Counted from the first letter of the stretch, positions 48,401-61,927 are shown. The stretch is DNA of 64,000 nt from Utricularia gibba (GCA_002189035.1 NEEC01000020.1:1550001-1614000), one strand, 5' to 3'. A program made the numbers and translations. The notes: generated by a model not told the origin, from the letters alone.

Positions 48401-49685
48401 ACAATAAGGTCAATACTTAAGGGCTTTTTGGGGCTTACGCGTGCGATTTATATAAACCGTTGCCCGAATCGTACCAGGGCTTATTCTTGCTATTGACGCC
48501 TGAGTTGGTAGATCGCATATATATATCATGGGAGACCCCGAGTCGATTTGCTGTATCCCACAGGGGATCCCGATTTATGAGATTCGATTGGGCTTACGTT
48601 ACTTGGCCAGAGCTTTAAATCTTTGATGGTCTGCCTGGGCTTACGCGATTCGACCAGGGCTTGTGTTTTGTTTTCCCATCTCCATTTCGGAGGAATTTAT
48701 AGGTGCATGAGTGCTTTGGGGGAGAGAATGCCGAATCCTATGACAGTGATTGATATTGAGTTGGTTAGACGTAGAACTTCCTCAGATGGGATGCGTTCCA
48801 CGACCTTGGGAGTTCCACGCCATCTAATTGTTCCAGTCGATATGCTCCTTTTCCGATCACCCTTGAAATCCGATAAGGGCCTTCCCAGTTGCGGTCTAAT
48901 TTCCCGACGTGTGTTTGCGGTTGGATGCTTTGGAGCACCAAATCTCCCTCATGGAATTCCTTTGGGGATACCGAGTTGTTGTAACTTTTCTCTATTCTTC
49001 TCTGATAAACCCCTAGTTGGCTATAGATGCTTCGTCGCTTCTCTTCCAACAGCTCCAATTCAAGTTTTCGAGTTCATTATTCTCTTCTCTACCCGTTAGC
49101 TCTTCAAGGTCAGTTCGATAGGGCATATGGCTTCTGAACCGTCAACCAATAAGAATGGGGACTCCTCCGTGGTGGTTCGAGGGGTAGTACGATATGACCA
49201 CAGTACCTCATCTAAGCGATCTGCCCACGACCCCCCGAAATCTTCGAGCTTAGTCTTCATACCTAGTCGGAGCGTTCAGTTCGTTACCTCTGTGAGGCCA
49301 TTGCTCTGCGGGTGATATACCGGGATGAAGTTGTGCTTGACCGAATACTTATCCAGGAATGCATCCATTTTTCCTCCGGCGAATTGAGTTCCGTTATCAG
49401 TCACTAGTTCTTGAGGGATTCCAAACTGGATGAAGATGTTTTTCCACAGAAATCGGATAACGGTCTCCTCTGAAATCTTTGTCACGGCTTCAGCCTCTAC
49501 CCACTTGGAAAAATACTCGACACCCATGATGACGAATTTCCTTTGACCCAAGGTGTGGGGAAAAGGCCCCATTATATCCACCCCCCATCGGTCGAAGGGG
49601 CAGGAGAGTGGGAGAGAGGTTAGTTTGCTTACTGGTTTCCTCGGTATACTTGCATGGTATTGGCACACTTTGCACTTCTTCACCG
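45460..49685 (-). mobile_element. Tat/Retand-type Ty3/gypsy fragment (integrase, 3' spacer, antisense ORF)
   Basis: Minus-strand INT: RWGVDIMGPF...VEYFSKWVEAE, VTDNGTQF, HPQSNGLTE, NWEGPYRI, WNASHLRKFY. GC/CpG-rich. gggcttacg repeats at 48431, 48591 and 48637. Confidence 0.88.
45735..47967 (+). pseudogene. Retand antisense accessory gene (Transposase_28-like N-terminus, coiled-coil C-terminus), with introns
   Basis: TATAAATAAG at ~45471. LRIRYSIPDEYQL... and DPAMTLVDFCHLF... motifs. A GT-AG intron at 47213-47277 restores a coiled-coil-like frame. Confidence 0.7.
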
Positions 49686-49837
49686 GATTATCACTTTCAA
49701 TTTTTTCTCATTCTGAAGTATGGCTCCTAATTTTCCCTTTATTTCATAGTCTAGTTATAAGAGGCTCCTTTATAAGCACTGTTTTTCCTCATATTTGAGA
49801 GATACTAATCTTTTTTAAATTAGAGGGTCATATCATT

Positions 49838-49849
49838 TGGTATCAAAGC
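49838..49849 (+). promoter_or_regulatory. tRNA-Met primer-binding site of E
   Basis: TGGTATCAAAGC (canonical TGGTATCAGAGC), 2 bp after the LTR end. Confidence 0.88.
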
Positions 49850-51190
49850 TTTGTTTATTGTTCATTCTTGTATTTCATCCATTCCAACAAGCAACATATT
49901 TCTTATTTTTTTCTTTTATTTCAATTACCTATCCCTTATCCTTTACTTGTCACCATCATCCCATTAGAAGACTTTCTTTGTTTATTGTTAATTTATCTAT
50001 TTCCTACAATCCAGCAAACAACATATTTCGATTTTAGTGCTCATTCCTCCAACTCATTTTCTCTTTTGTTTATTGTCCATCCCTCCTAGTCATCTAATCC
50101 AACAATCAACTAATTTATTCATGTTATTTTAATTTAGCCACTCTCTCTTGTCTCTATCTTGACTCAACTCTCATTCTTACCCTCATTTAATCCCATCATA
50201 ACATCATGACCATTACTACTATGGAAGTGCTTTAATTGTTGTAATGTCATGATATCTAGCATGATGGTGTTAAATAGTATACTAAAAACTTGAAGTTCGA
50301 GGATTGAGTGATAGAAGTCACATGTGTTTTCATTGTTCTTTGTATTTATTTTCTTTTCTTTCTTGCTGCTTGTTTCTTTTCTCTTGTCTTTAGGCTATCA
50401 AATTCAAAAGGTGAGCATGAGAAAGGTGACTTGTTGGATGACAAGTTCACTTTGAGAGCTATATAATAAGAATTTGCAAGATTGCGTCATGTTCTAGAAA
50501 ATATCAAATTGACCTTATGCTTGAAGCAAAAATCCCCAACCAATTAGCATATCGTGCCAATTTGAAGGAAATACAACTGCAAGTAAAGAAATTAATGTCT
50601 AAAGGTTTTGTGCGAGAAAGTATGAGCTCTTACTCTATGCTAGTTTTATTAGTTCCTATTTCTAATGGAACTTAGCATATGTTCACGGACTATCAGGCAT
50701 CAACAACATTACCATCAAGTATAGATATTCTATTCCTAGACTTGAAGATATGCTAGATAAATTGCATGGTACTTGTGTTTTCAATAAAACTGATTTGAGA
50801 AAAGGATATCATCATATTAGAATGAAGGATGGCGATGAGTGGAAAACAGCTTTCAAAAGTAAGTTTAATTTGTATGAGTAGGTTGTTATGTCTTTTAATT
50901 TGACTAATACTTCTAGCACCTTTATGAGATTGATGAATCACGTTTGTCAACCATTTATTGGTAACTCGTGATTGTTTATTTTGATGATATTATAATGTAT
51001 AGTAAGAGTGTTGATGAGTATGTGTGTTATTTGAGGAATGTCTTAGATACACTCAGAAAAGAGACATTGTATACTAACATAAAGAAGTGTGTCTTTTTCA
51101 TGAATAATGTCTCTTTTATTGGATATGTTGTTAGTAATGCAAGAGTAGTGGTAGATGAAGAGAAAGTGCAAGCAATTACGCAATGGCCAA

Positions 51191-52663
51191 TGATAAACGG
51201 AAATTTCCTAATATCGTTGAAAATGAAAATAGAAAATCCGTATCAAATAAATTTATAATCCCTAATCTACACAAAATACAAATTTTGAAAACTTGTATAG
51301 TGGATATCGGGGTCGATCACGAAGAGCTTGTGCTTGCTAAGTGTTTTAGTACATGCATAATTTCGGATAACAGTAGGTCTTAGTCTAAGCTCGGACTAAT
51401 AGTGGTAAACAAGTTCAGTAAACAAGGTAGGTAAGCAATATCAGGTTTCTACGCTAAGATAACAAGTACTGGTTTTGACTCAAACTAATACTAGGACGCC
51501 TTAAGCGTCTGCGGGTCGTGTTATGCTAAGCTTCCTAACTTAATTTATTATCTTCCTACACTCACAACTTCAAATAACCTAAGTCTACCCATGTCATTCA
51601 TCATATTTTTGGCTTAAGCTACTCCCTAATATCATAACCAACGTTGCAATTAGGTCTACCCGTATGCAAGGCATATAGAACTAGGTCTACCCGGTTCTAC
51701 TGGTTCTACCCTGGACTAACACCGACTTATCCTGTCTTGGTTTGTTGGTCTACCTCTAAACCAAGCGTCTAAGTTGTGAAACTACTTGTTCCCCTCCTTA
51801 GGTCTACCCATGGTTTGTTAGGAACAAGAGTTAAGCAAGACAACTAAATTTCATCATCAACCTAAACACATACCACCCACTTCTCCTTAAGGCATCCCTA
51901 AGACTCTAGCCACTCATGCCTTGGAAATAAAACACGATTTCATTCATATAAGTTGGCCAAAATGGCAGAAACATTGTAAACAAGTAAAATACAGAAAGTC
52001 GAAATGTTCAGAAAACTAGAAAGTAAATAAAGATTGTTCTTCCGCCCCGTTAGCTACTGTTTACCGCCCGGAACAGTAGCACTAGATTGGGCTCCGGTGC
52101 TATTCTTGGTGATGAAGGCCTCCCTTCCCCCTTCTGGTTGGTGTTTTTCCCGTTGGGGAAGAAGACCCCTTGCGTCCCCCCTCTCTGTGTTCTTCCGTTG
52201 GGGAAGAAGACCCCTTTGCGTCCCCCCCCCCCCACCGGTCGCTTCACTCCTTTCTCCTTCCTCCTTTTTTCGAAAAAATAAATTTCCCCTTTCCTTCACT
52301 CCATTGCACTGTTGCTGTCCGCCAGTACTGTTCCCGACCGCCAGCACTGTTCCCGGCCTGAACTTGCAGACTGCGGTGGCAGCAGAATAGTGCTCTTTGT
52401 CCTTCTCCGGATTTTACGCCCCTTTTTTGCTTGTTTTACACGTTTGCAAGTCTGATTTTCGGCTTATCTCCCTGCTGAACTTATTGAAATGTTATTAATA
52501 AGAGTTGTGGACTAAATCAAAGGATTTTGTCCACTTTTCAACATAATCACATAGGATTAACATAAACACCACTAAAGCATGAAAAACCACATTTATCTAA
52601 CCTAAATCATGATAAAATATAGCTATTTTGCGTTATGAACTTTAGGAAAAATGTGTGTTATCA
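51191..52663 (-). mobile_element. Solo LTR, Athila-like (family A relative), inserted in E
   Basis: TGATAAAC...GTGTTATCA with perfect TSD GCCAA. Removing it restores caatggccaacaact (QWPT..VRSFYGLASFY). Internal repeats: GGTCTACC motifs and two copies of ccgttggggaagaagacccc. Confidence 0.95.
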
Positions 52664-53299
52664 GCCAACAACTAACTCAATTGGTTAGGTTAGGAGTTTC
52701 TATGGCTTAGCAAGCTTTTATAAATATTTGTTAAAAATTTCAGCACTATTACAACACCCCTCACTCAATTAATCAAGAAAAACCACCCATTTCAATCGGG
52801 AGATGAGCAAGAACATGTCTTCATACAACTCTAGGATAAACATTGCTTGGTACCTCTTTTTGCTCTTCCTAAAATTTAAGTACTTTTCAAATTGAATGTG
52901 ATGTATCAGAATTAGGCACTGGTGCTGTATTGATGCAAAATAGATATCTACTTGCTTATTTTAGTGAGAAGCTTCATGATGCTATCCTCAACTATCCCAC
53001 CTATGACAAGCAGTTGTATTCATTGATTAGAGCTTTGTATTGATGTAATACTTACTGATTATGAGTCTTTCAATCCTTTAAAAGGTCAAGTGAAGTAGAA
53101 GACATCATAAGTGGGTAGAATTCTTTAGCATATTTCCTTATGTCAAATAATAGAAGGGTAAAGAGAATGTGATAGCTATTACTCTATTTCAAAGGTACAT
53201 TCTTTCAGCAAATCTTGATGTAAGAATTATATTATTTACCTCCATTATTGGCTTATATGCTCATGACCATGATTTTGGAGACATTTATATGGTATGTGA

Positions 53300-53533
53300 A
53301 TTTGCTTTTTATAATGGACCTTTATGGACCTCCCTTAATAAAGGTCCATTAATCGCATTGTATCTTTTATTTTTGTATTTCATAATCCCTTTTACAAACT
53401 CATGACAATTTGTAAGAGTTTAACACAAAACACTTTTCACAAAACTCAACTCCTTGAGATGGAAACTCGTATTATGCTTATTTGTGTTTTACATTTTTCT
53501 AATTAAAATTTGTTGAGGAAACGATATGTAACA
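53300..53533 (+). mobile_element. 3'-terminal fragment of a C-family LTR within E's integrase
   Basis: ...aaatttgttgaggaaacgatatgtaaca matches C's LTR end ...aaatttgttgaggaaacgacacgcaaca; left boundary approximate. Confidence 0.7.
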
Positions 53534-54302
53534 GAGATGTTGAGAGAGTTTGTCATAGATGTATTCCTTGTAGAAAGGCTAAATCAACTATCGCCCTTCA
53601 TGTTATAGGTTTTTAAAGATGACACACTTTATTCCTTGTCAAAATTGATGATGCATCTTATGTGGCTGTCTCTTTTTTCAAGAAGTTGTCACACCTCAGG
53701 ATATGATGCTTACAATCATCCTTGAACGTGATGCAAGATTTTTTATTCACTTGTGGAGAGTTCTTTGGAGTAAACTTGGCATTAAGCTCTTATACTAGAG
53801 CACTTGTCATCCTCAAACAAATGGACAAACTGAGATAACAAATCTCACACTTTCTATCTTGCTTAGGATTCTGATTAAATCTAATCTAAAGACTTGAGAG
53901 GAATGTTTCTCACTTGTCGAATTTGCTTACAATAGAACAACACATCTTTGACAAACAAGGGTAGATGCAAAGTTGTGTTCAGACCTAGAGATTGAGTTTG
54001 GCTTCATCTTAAGAAGAAGAGGTTTCCCACCAAAAGAAACTCAAAACTTCTTCCTCGTAGGGATGGACCTTTTCAAGTTATTGAACGTGTAAATGATAAT
54101 GTCTACAAACTTAATTTACCAGGTAAGTATTCTATTCATTCAATTTTCAATGTTTCTAATTTATTGCTTTTCAAAATGGATGTAGATTAGAGGTTGAATC
54201 TTTGTAAAGAAGGGGGGGTGATGAACCCCACCATGATGATGAAGAGTATTTAAAGAATGATGACAATATTGCATAAGTAAATACTTTGGATATAAAGATT
54301 AT

Positions 54303-55320
54303 TGATAACATTGTTTTTATTATGTTTTTCTATGTGTTTTTAGAGGTGTTTTATTTGATAAAAGGTTGTTTCGTGTATTCTAATTGCTTCCTTTTTGTGT
54401 ATCTAGTTGGTAGGAATGTACTATTGTGAAAATAGACTCAATTGATAAAAATTAAGCCTAAAACTCTAATTTTTTCCTCTAGTTTGTTTCTAAGTCTTAA
54501 CAAGGTAAGAGATAGTACCATGACAGCGCATTTTCCACGTTGACAAGTCAAAAGGGGCATAAAAGCTAAGGAAAAGTTACTTTTCGCCGAAAGCAGCTAT
54601 TTTCTGAAAAGATAAGATCTGGAGCAAAGATCTTCCTTCTAAAAGTTCATGAAAAAAACGGAGATAACCTTACTTTGAGCAGGAAAAAAAGAGAGCAAGA
54701 AGAGAGAGAATGAGCGAATCACAAGGAGCATGAGCAGATTAGAACTGTGGTTCTCAAACAAACAGCTCCGAATAGCCTCAGATCTATGTTTCCTGATTGT
54801 ATCTTTGCCTAGAACTTCGAGCTCCAGCGAATTTACAGACCACAGAAGCAGCTTGATACTTTTATTTTCATTTTATCCACTTTTGTTTCTATTGAACTTG
54901 CTACTGTTACTGTCAGTGTTTTCATTCTTTTCTTTACATTCTTGATGCTTGTTTATGAACAAGAAACATCCTGTAGATTTTATTTCAGCTTATGAGGAGT
55001 TCTTCAGTCTTTAGTTCTTAAGATTAACATGTTTGTTGTTCCTGCGACACTTTGCTCTTTTTTTAGGCGTTTTAAAACTTGATTTAAGCCTATGGGATCT
55101 CTTGAATAACATAAGAGTCAGACCCTAATATAAAACACAGCGAAGTCACCTTCTCTTTATATTTTGTAGACATCCCTTTTATTTTTTTGTGTTTCTTCAC
55201 CCTTGTAACTTGTCTATTTCAACTACTGCTATTTTATGTCTTACGCACATAAGAGCTAAACCCGCAGAAAACCCCCTCTGTTTTCAGTAAATATAAAGGA
55301 TTTCAAGAAATCGCAACCAT
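54303..55320 (+). mobile_element. Probable Athila-like LTR fragment
   Basis: Starts TGATAACATTG, T-rich then purine-rich like the family-A LTRs. Right end and TSD not found. Confidence 0.4.
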
Positions 55321-58300
55321 TTCCTATAAATTATTGTGAATTATCTAGTAGAATAGTTAGTTTTTATAAATTTCTTTTGATGCGTTGAACATGCTAGACA
55401 GCGACATTTAGCAACACGTTTTAATGTTCATAAATTATTCCACATGAACCAATGAAAATGAGTAAGACCAAGAAGATTGAAGTTCTACTTAAGTATCTAT
55501 TCAACTCTATTGGATTCGAAGTCAGGCTTACAGTCTTGCCACTAAAGAACTTCAAGTACCTAAAAGTGGAACTACCTTAGAGCCCTAAAACGTCTTCATT
55601 TTTTATGTGTGCTATTGGACTTGATAGTCTCTTTTTTTTATTTGGTTTGTGTTTAATAATATTAGGACTCAATTCTAAAATATAAATACTTTAGAGGTAC
55701 TATTTGAAGGACTTTTGGTTTGCTTTATAAATCTTATGAGGAATTTTATCTTCTTTAAATGCTTGAATAGTCTTAACTTATCAAACTTTTTATTTGGTAG
55801 GATATTATTTCTTCACCAATTAGCTAAAAATTAATGTTATGACTGGACTTCAAAATCAAAAACCCTACTAATGTTATGGATTCACATTTGCTTTATCTAA
55901 ATTAGACAAGTAAAAATAAATTTAAATACAATATGATTATCAAGAAATATATAAATCCACCTAATTTATCTGGAAAGATCATGAAAGTCTAACAAATTTA
56001 AGAATTACTATAATATTTTTTTTCATTTGGTGCATTTGATTATGTTAAATTTTCCAATTAATACATTCTAAGCTTTTTTTTTTCCACCAATGTATTATAC
56101 ATGCTTAAATAAAATAAGTATCTAAAGATATTTAAATTAAATGAGAAATTTTAGATATGATTCATCAAAATAAATCATTTGAACATTTGCACCAAAAAAA
56201 TAACAGATTATGCACTTTTGAGTAGGCCATCTTTGTTAAAATTAAATGATTCTAAAATCAGTGAAATAAATGTGTGAAGTTGAATATATAAGATATGTGA
56301 ATTATATTCTAAAAGATTAGATTCAATTTATTAATGATGGTTTACATTTTTTGTATATTTGATTATATTATTTTAATATTACAATATGATATTATTTGAT
56401 CTAATATCCATACTCAAGTCAAATTGATCCATTTTCATCAAATTAACATTTGTTTCTTTAACCAAGGGTTATATCAACATAAAACTCATATTGACTAATT
56501 AACCACATCCAAAGTAATTTGACAAAGGTTCCATAGATATTGTAAGTCTAAAGATATTTCCCATCCAAAGTAATTTGTAAACTAAACAAATAAACCACAT
56601 TTCATTCATAAAGATATAACAACAGTAAATCCAGATCGATTGACAGAGAGCAAAATGGTTTTTAATTGTTGGTTCTATGTATAAACTAAATTAAATAAAG
56701 GTTTGTATGGAAGTAAGTTTCAATTGTAACTTTAATCGATAAAATACTTCTACTAGTTCTAAACTAAAAGCAATAGTCATTGCACTTGATTCAAAATTAA
56801 ACTATGTGTAAATGAACTCAAATTCATAAGATATTAAGTGTACATGCAAAAACAGTTACAAAATTGATTTGGCCAATACATTCAGGTGTTGAAAGGATTG
56901 GAACATGTTGAACATTAAAAACATGAAACAAAAATAGCACACATGTTCAGAAAATAAAACGCATGAAACTATTTGTGAGAAAAATAGAGTGATTATTCGA
57001 TTCGTTAATTTTGGTGTTCTTCGTATCTTTTTTTTCTCAAACTATAGGTTACTAGGCTTCCTTACCTTTTGTTCAGATCTACGTTGTACTTCTGGATATC
57101 GGAAATTAGTTTGAGTGTCACACTAAAACACGTCTTCTTTCATATTTCCTTCCACTCCAATGGCAAAACGCTCTCTAGAGAAAAAATTTCTATAAAATAA
57201 AAAATCCTCCTCTCAAAACAAATGATATTTTTATATAGGTTGAAGAACTTTCTCTTTTTATTTACACCAACATGTGTCATAGCCACACTTAGGTGCATAT
57301 ATTGCAAGCTTCTTGACTTCTTTTTCGCTAGGTTTCCTTATCCTTCCTCTGGTCTCACACCTATAATAACCTTGCAAAGTACACATGAGCTTGCAAATTA
57401 TGATAACCTTGTAAATTAGTCAGATTATGTGACCCAACACAAATGGACCGGACATACATGAACTTGAATGAAAAATAATCCACTTTGCCATTAGACTAAG
57501 TAAAAAATGGTCCAAATCATGTTTTTCACAAAAGTAATTTGACTAATGAATGTTTTAGATTATTTTTACTATTCTAATCTGTATAATCATAATATTCTAA
57601 CATTAAAATATACTTAAACATGTTGAAATATGACTCAACATCAATTTCATATTAAAATTAAAAATTTGATAAATGAGATTAATATTTATTTGAACCTCGA
57701 ATATACAACAAACGTAAATTATATTTGAAAATATTAAGTTCAACCTATTTGCGAAATGAGTGTTCCAAAACTTATAGAAGTTTCTATTTTATAAACTCCA
57801 GTTTCACAAACTATAATATATAACAAGGTTTTTGGCTCCCAAACACACTTCATTGTTGAAACCTGTGAAAAATCACTCAAGCAGTTCCTTCCATTCGATC
57901 CTTTTGCGAGGGAAGAACAAAGTGCCGAATGGCTGTTCATTGTTGGTGGAGGCAGGGGGCCAACAAAATTGAAAGAAGCGGGCAATGAATGTCACCATAA
58001 TTAGAATGCGATGGAGGTTTCTGTAAGAACAAAACTTAATTTGGGTTTGAAATCAAAACCCTAATTTTGAATTGATTTGTATATTTTTTATGAAAATGTT
58101 AGATCTAATAGTTAATGTGTTAAAGGATATGTATTTATTTCAATATATTCATCAAATCGTACGTACTACAAATATTAATTGATAGACATTTGTATTGAAA
58201 AAATTGTATTTTCGCAAATGTTTGTTACAAAACCAAATTTATGAAAAAGTTTGCATCAAATCAATTAAATATTAGGAAACATTGTTTTCAATCTGATTTT

Positions 58301-58536
58301 TACAAACATATGTGTTTAAATGCAGTAAATAGCTTTAAATTTGTACCAAAACTAAACCTATCCCGGTTTTCTTTATTAGTACGGCCCCGATGCGCATTTT
58401 GCCGTAGCATCTGCCCGTATGAGATGCTCCATGTCGCGGCACCTGCGAGTTTTTACCAAATCCATCCACTACAAAAAAACCTAATTCAAAAACCACCCCT
58501 GCGTGCATCTCACCTTTACTGTGTGTCAAAACCACC

Positions 58537-58918
58537 TTTATAATGCTATGCTTTTAGAGTTGAGGGATAAACCTATAACTCAATTGCTTGAGGGGATTAG
58601 AAGACATCTCATTATGCGAAATAACAAGCAATTAGATGATGCCATGTCTTGGAAAGATGTAATCTGTCGCAAAATTAGAGCAACTCTAGAAAAAGCATAC
58701 GAGGTTGCTGATGAACTCATTCTCTTGTGTATTTCTGATTGGAAGTATGAAATGATAGGACCATATGATACACGAAGAGTAGACCTATATGAGAGAACAT
58801 GTGACTATAGAAACTGGGATTTAACATCTCTTCCATGTGCACATGCAATTGCTGGATTATGGCATAAAGGATTGAGGATAGAGGAATATGTAGATGATTG
58901 CTACAAAAAGGAAACTAG
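58537..58918 (+). pseudogene. MuDR transposase remnant (SWIM region)
   Basis: LLELRDKPITQLLEGIR...VDLYERTCDYRNWDLTSLPCAHAIA...YVDDCYKKET. Confidence 0.85.
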
Positions 58919-59677
58919 TGATAACACATATTTTTGATTGGCTCAATGCATGGAATTTACTCATTTTATGCTACAAAAATTAAGTTTAATTGCCTATTTC
59001 TATATTTTTGCACATAAGTACTGTAGGAGTGCACTTTTAGTCTTAGTTGGGACTAAATTGCGATTTAGTCCCAACCTTCTAACAGTTCCTTTCGAGCAAT
59101 GCAGCATGGATCGCAACACAAATTCCAAAGAGCCGAGTATGAACAGTGTGGTGGCAGGAAAGGTGACAGAAGTCTGAAGAAGAGTACACACAAAGTCCAA
59201 GGAGGGGAGAAAAAAAGATTTTGGACAAAAAGGGAGGAAAGGTGGAGAGAGAAGTAGATCTCCCCTTAGAGACTCACGAACACATTTTTCTGGGGAGGAA
59301 GAAGAAGGAAGACAAACAGGAACGAAGCTGAAGTTCAAGATTATTTTTTGTCTTCGAAGAATATTACTCCTAGCTAAGAGTAGCTAGTGACGTTTTTCAG
59401 TTTTTGTTGACACTTCACATTACTTGCTTGTTTGCTTTCTGGTATTTGACTGGGAAATGAGCACACTGTGGGTGATCTTCTCTTTTCCACTTTCGTTTAC
59501 CTTAAGCATGAGTAGCTAAGTACTTAGGGGGGTGCCTTGGGGTAAAAAGGGGAGAAACATGTTAATCAACCTTTAGATCTAAATAGCCATGAGTCACGTC
59601 ACTTCCTTAACAAACCAGGATAGATCCAGGAGGGGGAAGTAGTGAAACCCAACTTAAAAACCCTAATTAGAGGCAAA
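58919..59677 (+). mobile_element. Truncated LTR, Athila-like family A
   Basis: TGATAACACATAT start; revcomp of 12200-12986; truncated at the second copy of a 47-bp repeat. Confidence 0.88.
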
Positions 59678-60899
59678 CCACCCCCTACGTGCATCTCACC
59701 TTTACTGTGTGTCAAAACCACCCATTCTACATATTTTCTTTCTCATTTTTGAATTTTTTTTGACAACATATTTTACCGAAACCGCCATCTCATGGTTGCA
59801 GCGCCAGATAAAACCGATATTCAGTTAAAGGCCTAAACCAGATCATAGACATCTGGACAAATGGGTCAGCGCATATCGAACCCTAATTCCAATTGGGCCT
59901 AACCCATACTCAACTCCAATGGTGATGAAAACATAGTACCAAACATAATTTTGTAATTTATTTTGAAACTAATGTTTTGAAAAAAATAGTATATCTTCAT
60001 TACCAACATTTTTTGGAAAATTTTTTTGGTACGTATGTTTGTAATTTATCTTTTAAATAAAAAACACCTTTTAACACCTACATTATGAGAACAAACGTTT
60101 ACTAATGAGCTTTTATTTCAGTACATATATTTAGTTGGTCCATTTCTAAATTGAGAAATGCATTGTAATTAGAGTTTAGCTATTACTAGCCACCATGATG
60201 AAATCTTTTGATTTTTGTTAGCCATCACAATCCACCACAAGGCACACTGATTGTTGACCCATCGCCCTCTTGACCCATCACGATCATCCTTGTTTAGTAG
60301 CCCATCCCCCTCTTGACTCTGAGTCTGTTTTAGATTCATTTTCTTATAACATTCTTCTTTGAATCGTAAGTTTATTGGATAGATATAGAATCATATCGAT
60401 TTAATTTGTTGTAACTTTTCAATTGATTTGGTGCCACATGTTCTAACCATGAGTGATTCGGATACCACAGAATCATACGTTTATTCGGCAGAGGAGTTTC
60501 AATATGAGCCTAGTGGGTTGCAACCTGCGTGCTCATTCGATGTTGAACCGGTATCTAAAATTGACTGAAAGGAAGAATGCATACATCAAGCACATGAGGC
60601 TGCCACTCAAGACATTGAGTTATATGATTATGAAGATGAAGAGATTGTATATTATAACTCGAAAAAAGGATGGAAAGAATTAAATCTTAGGTAAATCCTA
60701 GACTATTTTTTTATATTAATAATAGTTAGGGTTAATCTCTAATTATTTCTTTGAGTATCAATAATTCTTTGCATCTAATTTCTAGATGTAATTGGTATAT
60801 GTTATGTTTATAATTCTTATGACTTTTACTTATAATGCATGTGACTTGATTCCTATACGTATATATCTGGGGTTTCTATTTATTATTCATAAAAGTCTA

Positions 60900-61927
60900 T
60901 TTCTTACTATGTAAGGAAGGAATATTATTTGATAGTAAAACAACAGTATGGGATGCCATCGTTGCTTATTGTATTCAAGAACGAATTCAGTGGAAATTTA
61001 AGAAGAATGACAACAGATACATCTGTGTTGTGTGTGAAGGGGGCCAGGACGAAAGGTGTAGTTGGGATGTAATAGTCCCCGTCCACATCGAGATTGGCAA
61101 GTATCTAAGGGCTCGTTTGGTAGAAGGAGTTAGATGGTGTTGTGTTAAATAACACATCATAATCATTAGTTTGGTGCATAGTGTTATATGACACTATAGA
61201 TTACATATACTAACAAATTTCTTATTTAACACGCTATGTATAGTGAAACACAAACCCATCTACCAAATGGGTTTATCAATCCATGATAATAAAAGACAAT
61301 AGTACCCTTTTATTTTACAAAAAAGTTTTTTCTCTAATAATTATATTTGTTTCTTTTTTGTCAATAAATTAAAATTAGTTATTTTATTGGCCTCATACTT
61401 TTTTATGTGTAGCTAAGTAGTTCGAAAATCTGATGGCATAGAATGAAGTCAACAAAAGGAAAGAAAACATCAAGATCATCAACGTACAACAACGTTCATA
61501 GTCTTATGGGCATTTTAGTAAAATCATATATAAATCAAATTATAAAACTTCTAACCAAACACATGTTAAATAATCCTATGTTATTTAAAACTTTCTACCA
61601 AACGAGGCCGATGTTTTTCAATCACTTATTCTAGTATAAAATAAGCCTATTATATTTAAAACCATGTAAAGTAAAACATACTACCAAACGAGCCCTAAGT
61701 AAAATAAGTATTGTAGTTCATGTGACAAGGAATTGACTGAAAATAAATCTTTAAAACCCAAGTATCTAGTGAGACTCTTTGAGGATAAGTTATTAGGTGA
61801 GCCATATATCACCACACGGGATTTTGGGCATCACATCAACTTAACAACATCCATGTGGGTGGATCCTATGCAAGCACATGTGGCACGGAAGAAGATAGTG
61901 GGAATTGTGCAACGGAGTATTCGATGA
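60900..61927 (+). pseudogene. MuDR transposase N-terminal remnant, split by a MITE
   Basis: FDSKTTVWDAIVAYCIQERIQWKFKKNDNRYICVVCEG...CSW, then KPKYLVRLFEDKL...ARKK. Confidence 0.7.
61109..61695. mobile_element. Tourist-like (PIF/Harbinger) MITE
   Basis: Perfect 15-bp TIR GGGCTCGTTTGGTAG, TAA TSD on both sides, 587 bp. Confidence 0.95.

Larger units (their letters stand above)
49686..54275 (+). mobile_element. Degenerate CRM-like Ty3/gypsy element E (partial 5' LTR, PBS, no gag, RT-RH-INT remnants, PPT, start of 3' LTR)
   Basis: LTR end ...gggtcatatca at 49835. RT remnants at 50480-51190 ([30 protein letters not shown]). RH/INT remnants at 52669-54200. PPT AAAGAAGGGGGGG at 54206-54218 followed by TGATG. 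Confidence 0.85.
58490..59722. repeat. 47/48-bp direct repeats (58490-58536 and 59675-59722) resembling a Mutator TIR segment
   Basis: Identical 35-bp core cgtgcatctcacctttactgtgtgtcaaaaccacc. Confidence 0.9.

Noticed and set aside
52034-52390. Cluster of ORFs on both strands
   Set aside because: These arise from a GC-rich, stop-poor repeat block inside the solo LTR 51191-52663.
55320-57700. Possible additional gene or TE
   Set aside because: AT-rich with no recognisable coding motif, TIR pair or LTR pair; left unannotated.
58467-58480. CACTACAAAAAAA, resembling a CACTA TIR
   Set aside because: No matching inverted copy or 3-bp TSD was found, and there are no subterminal repeats.
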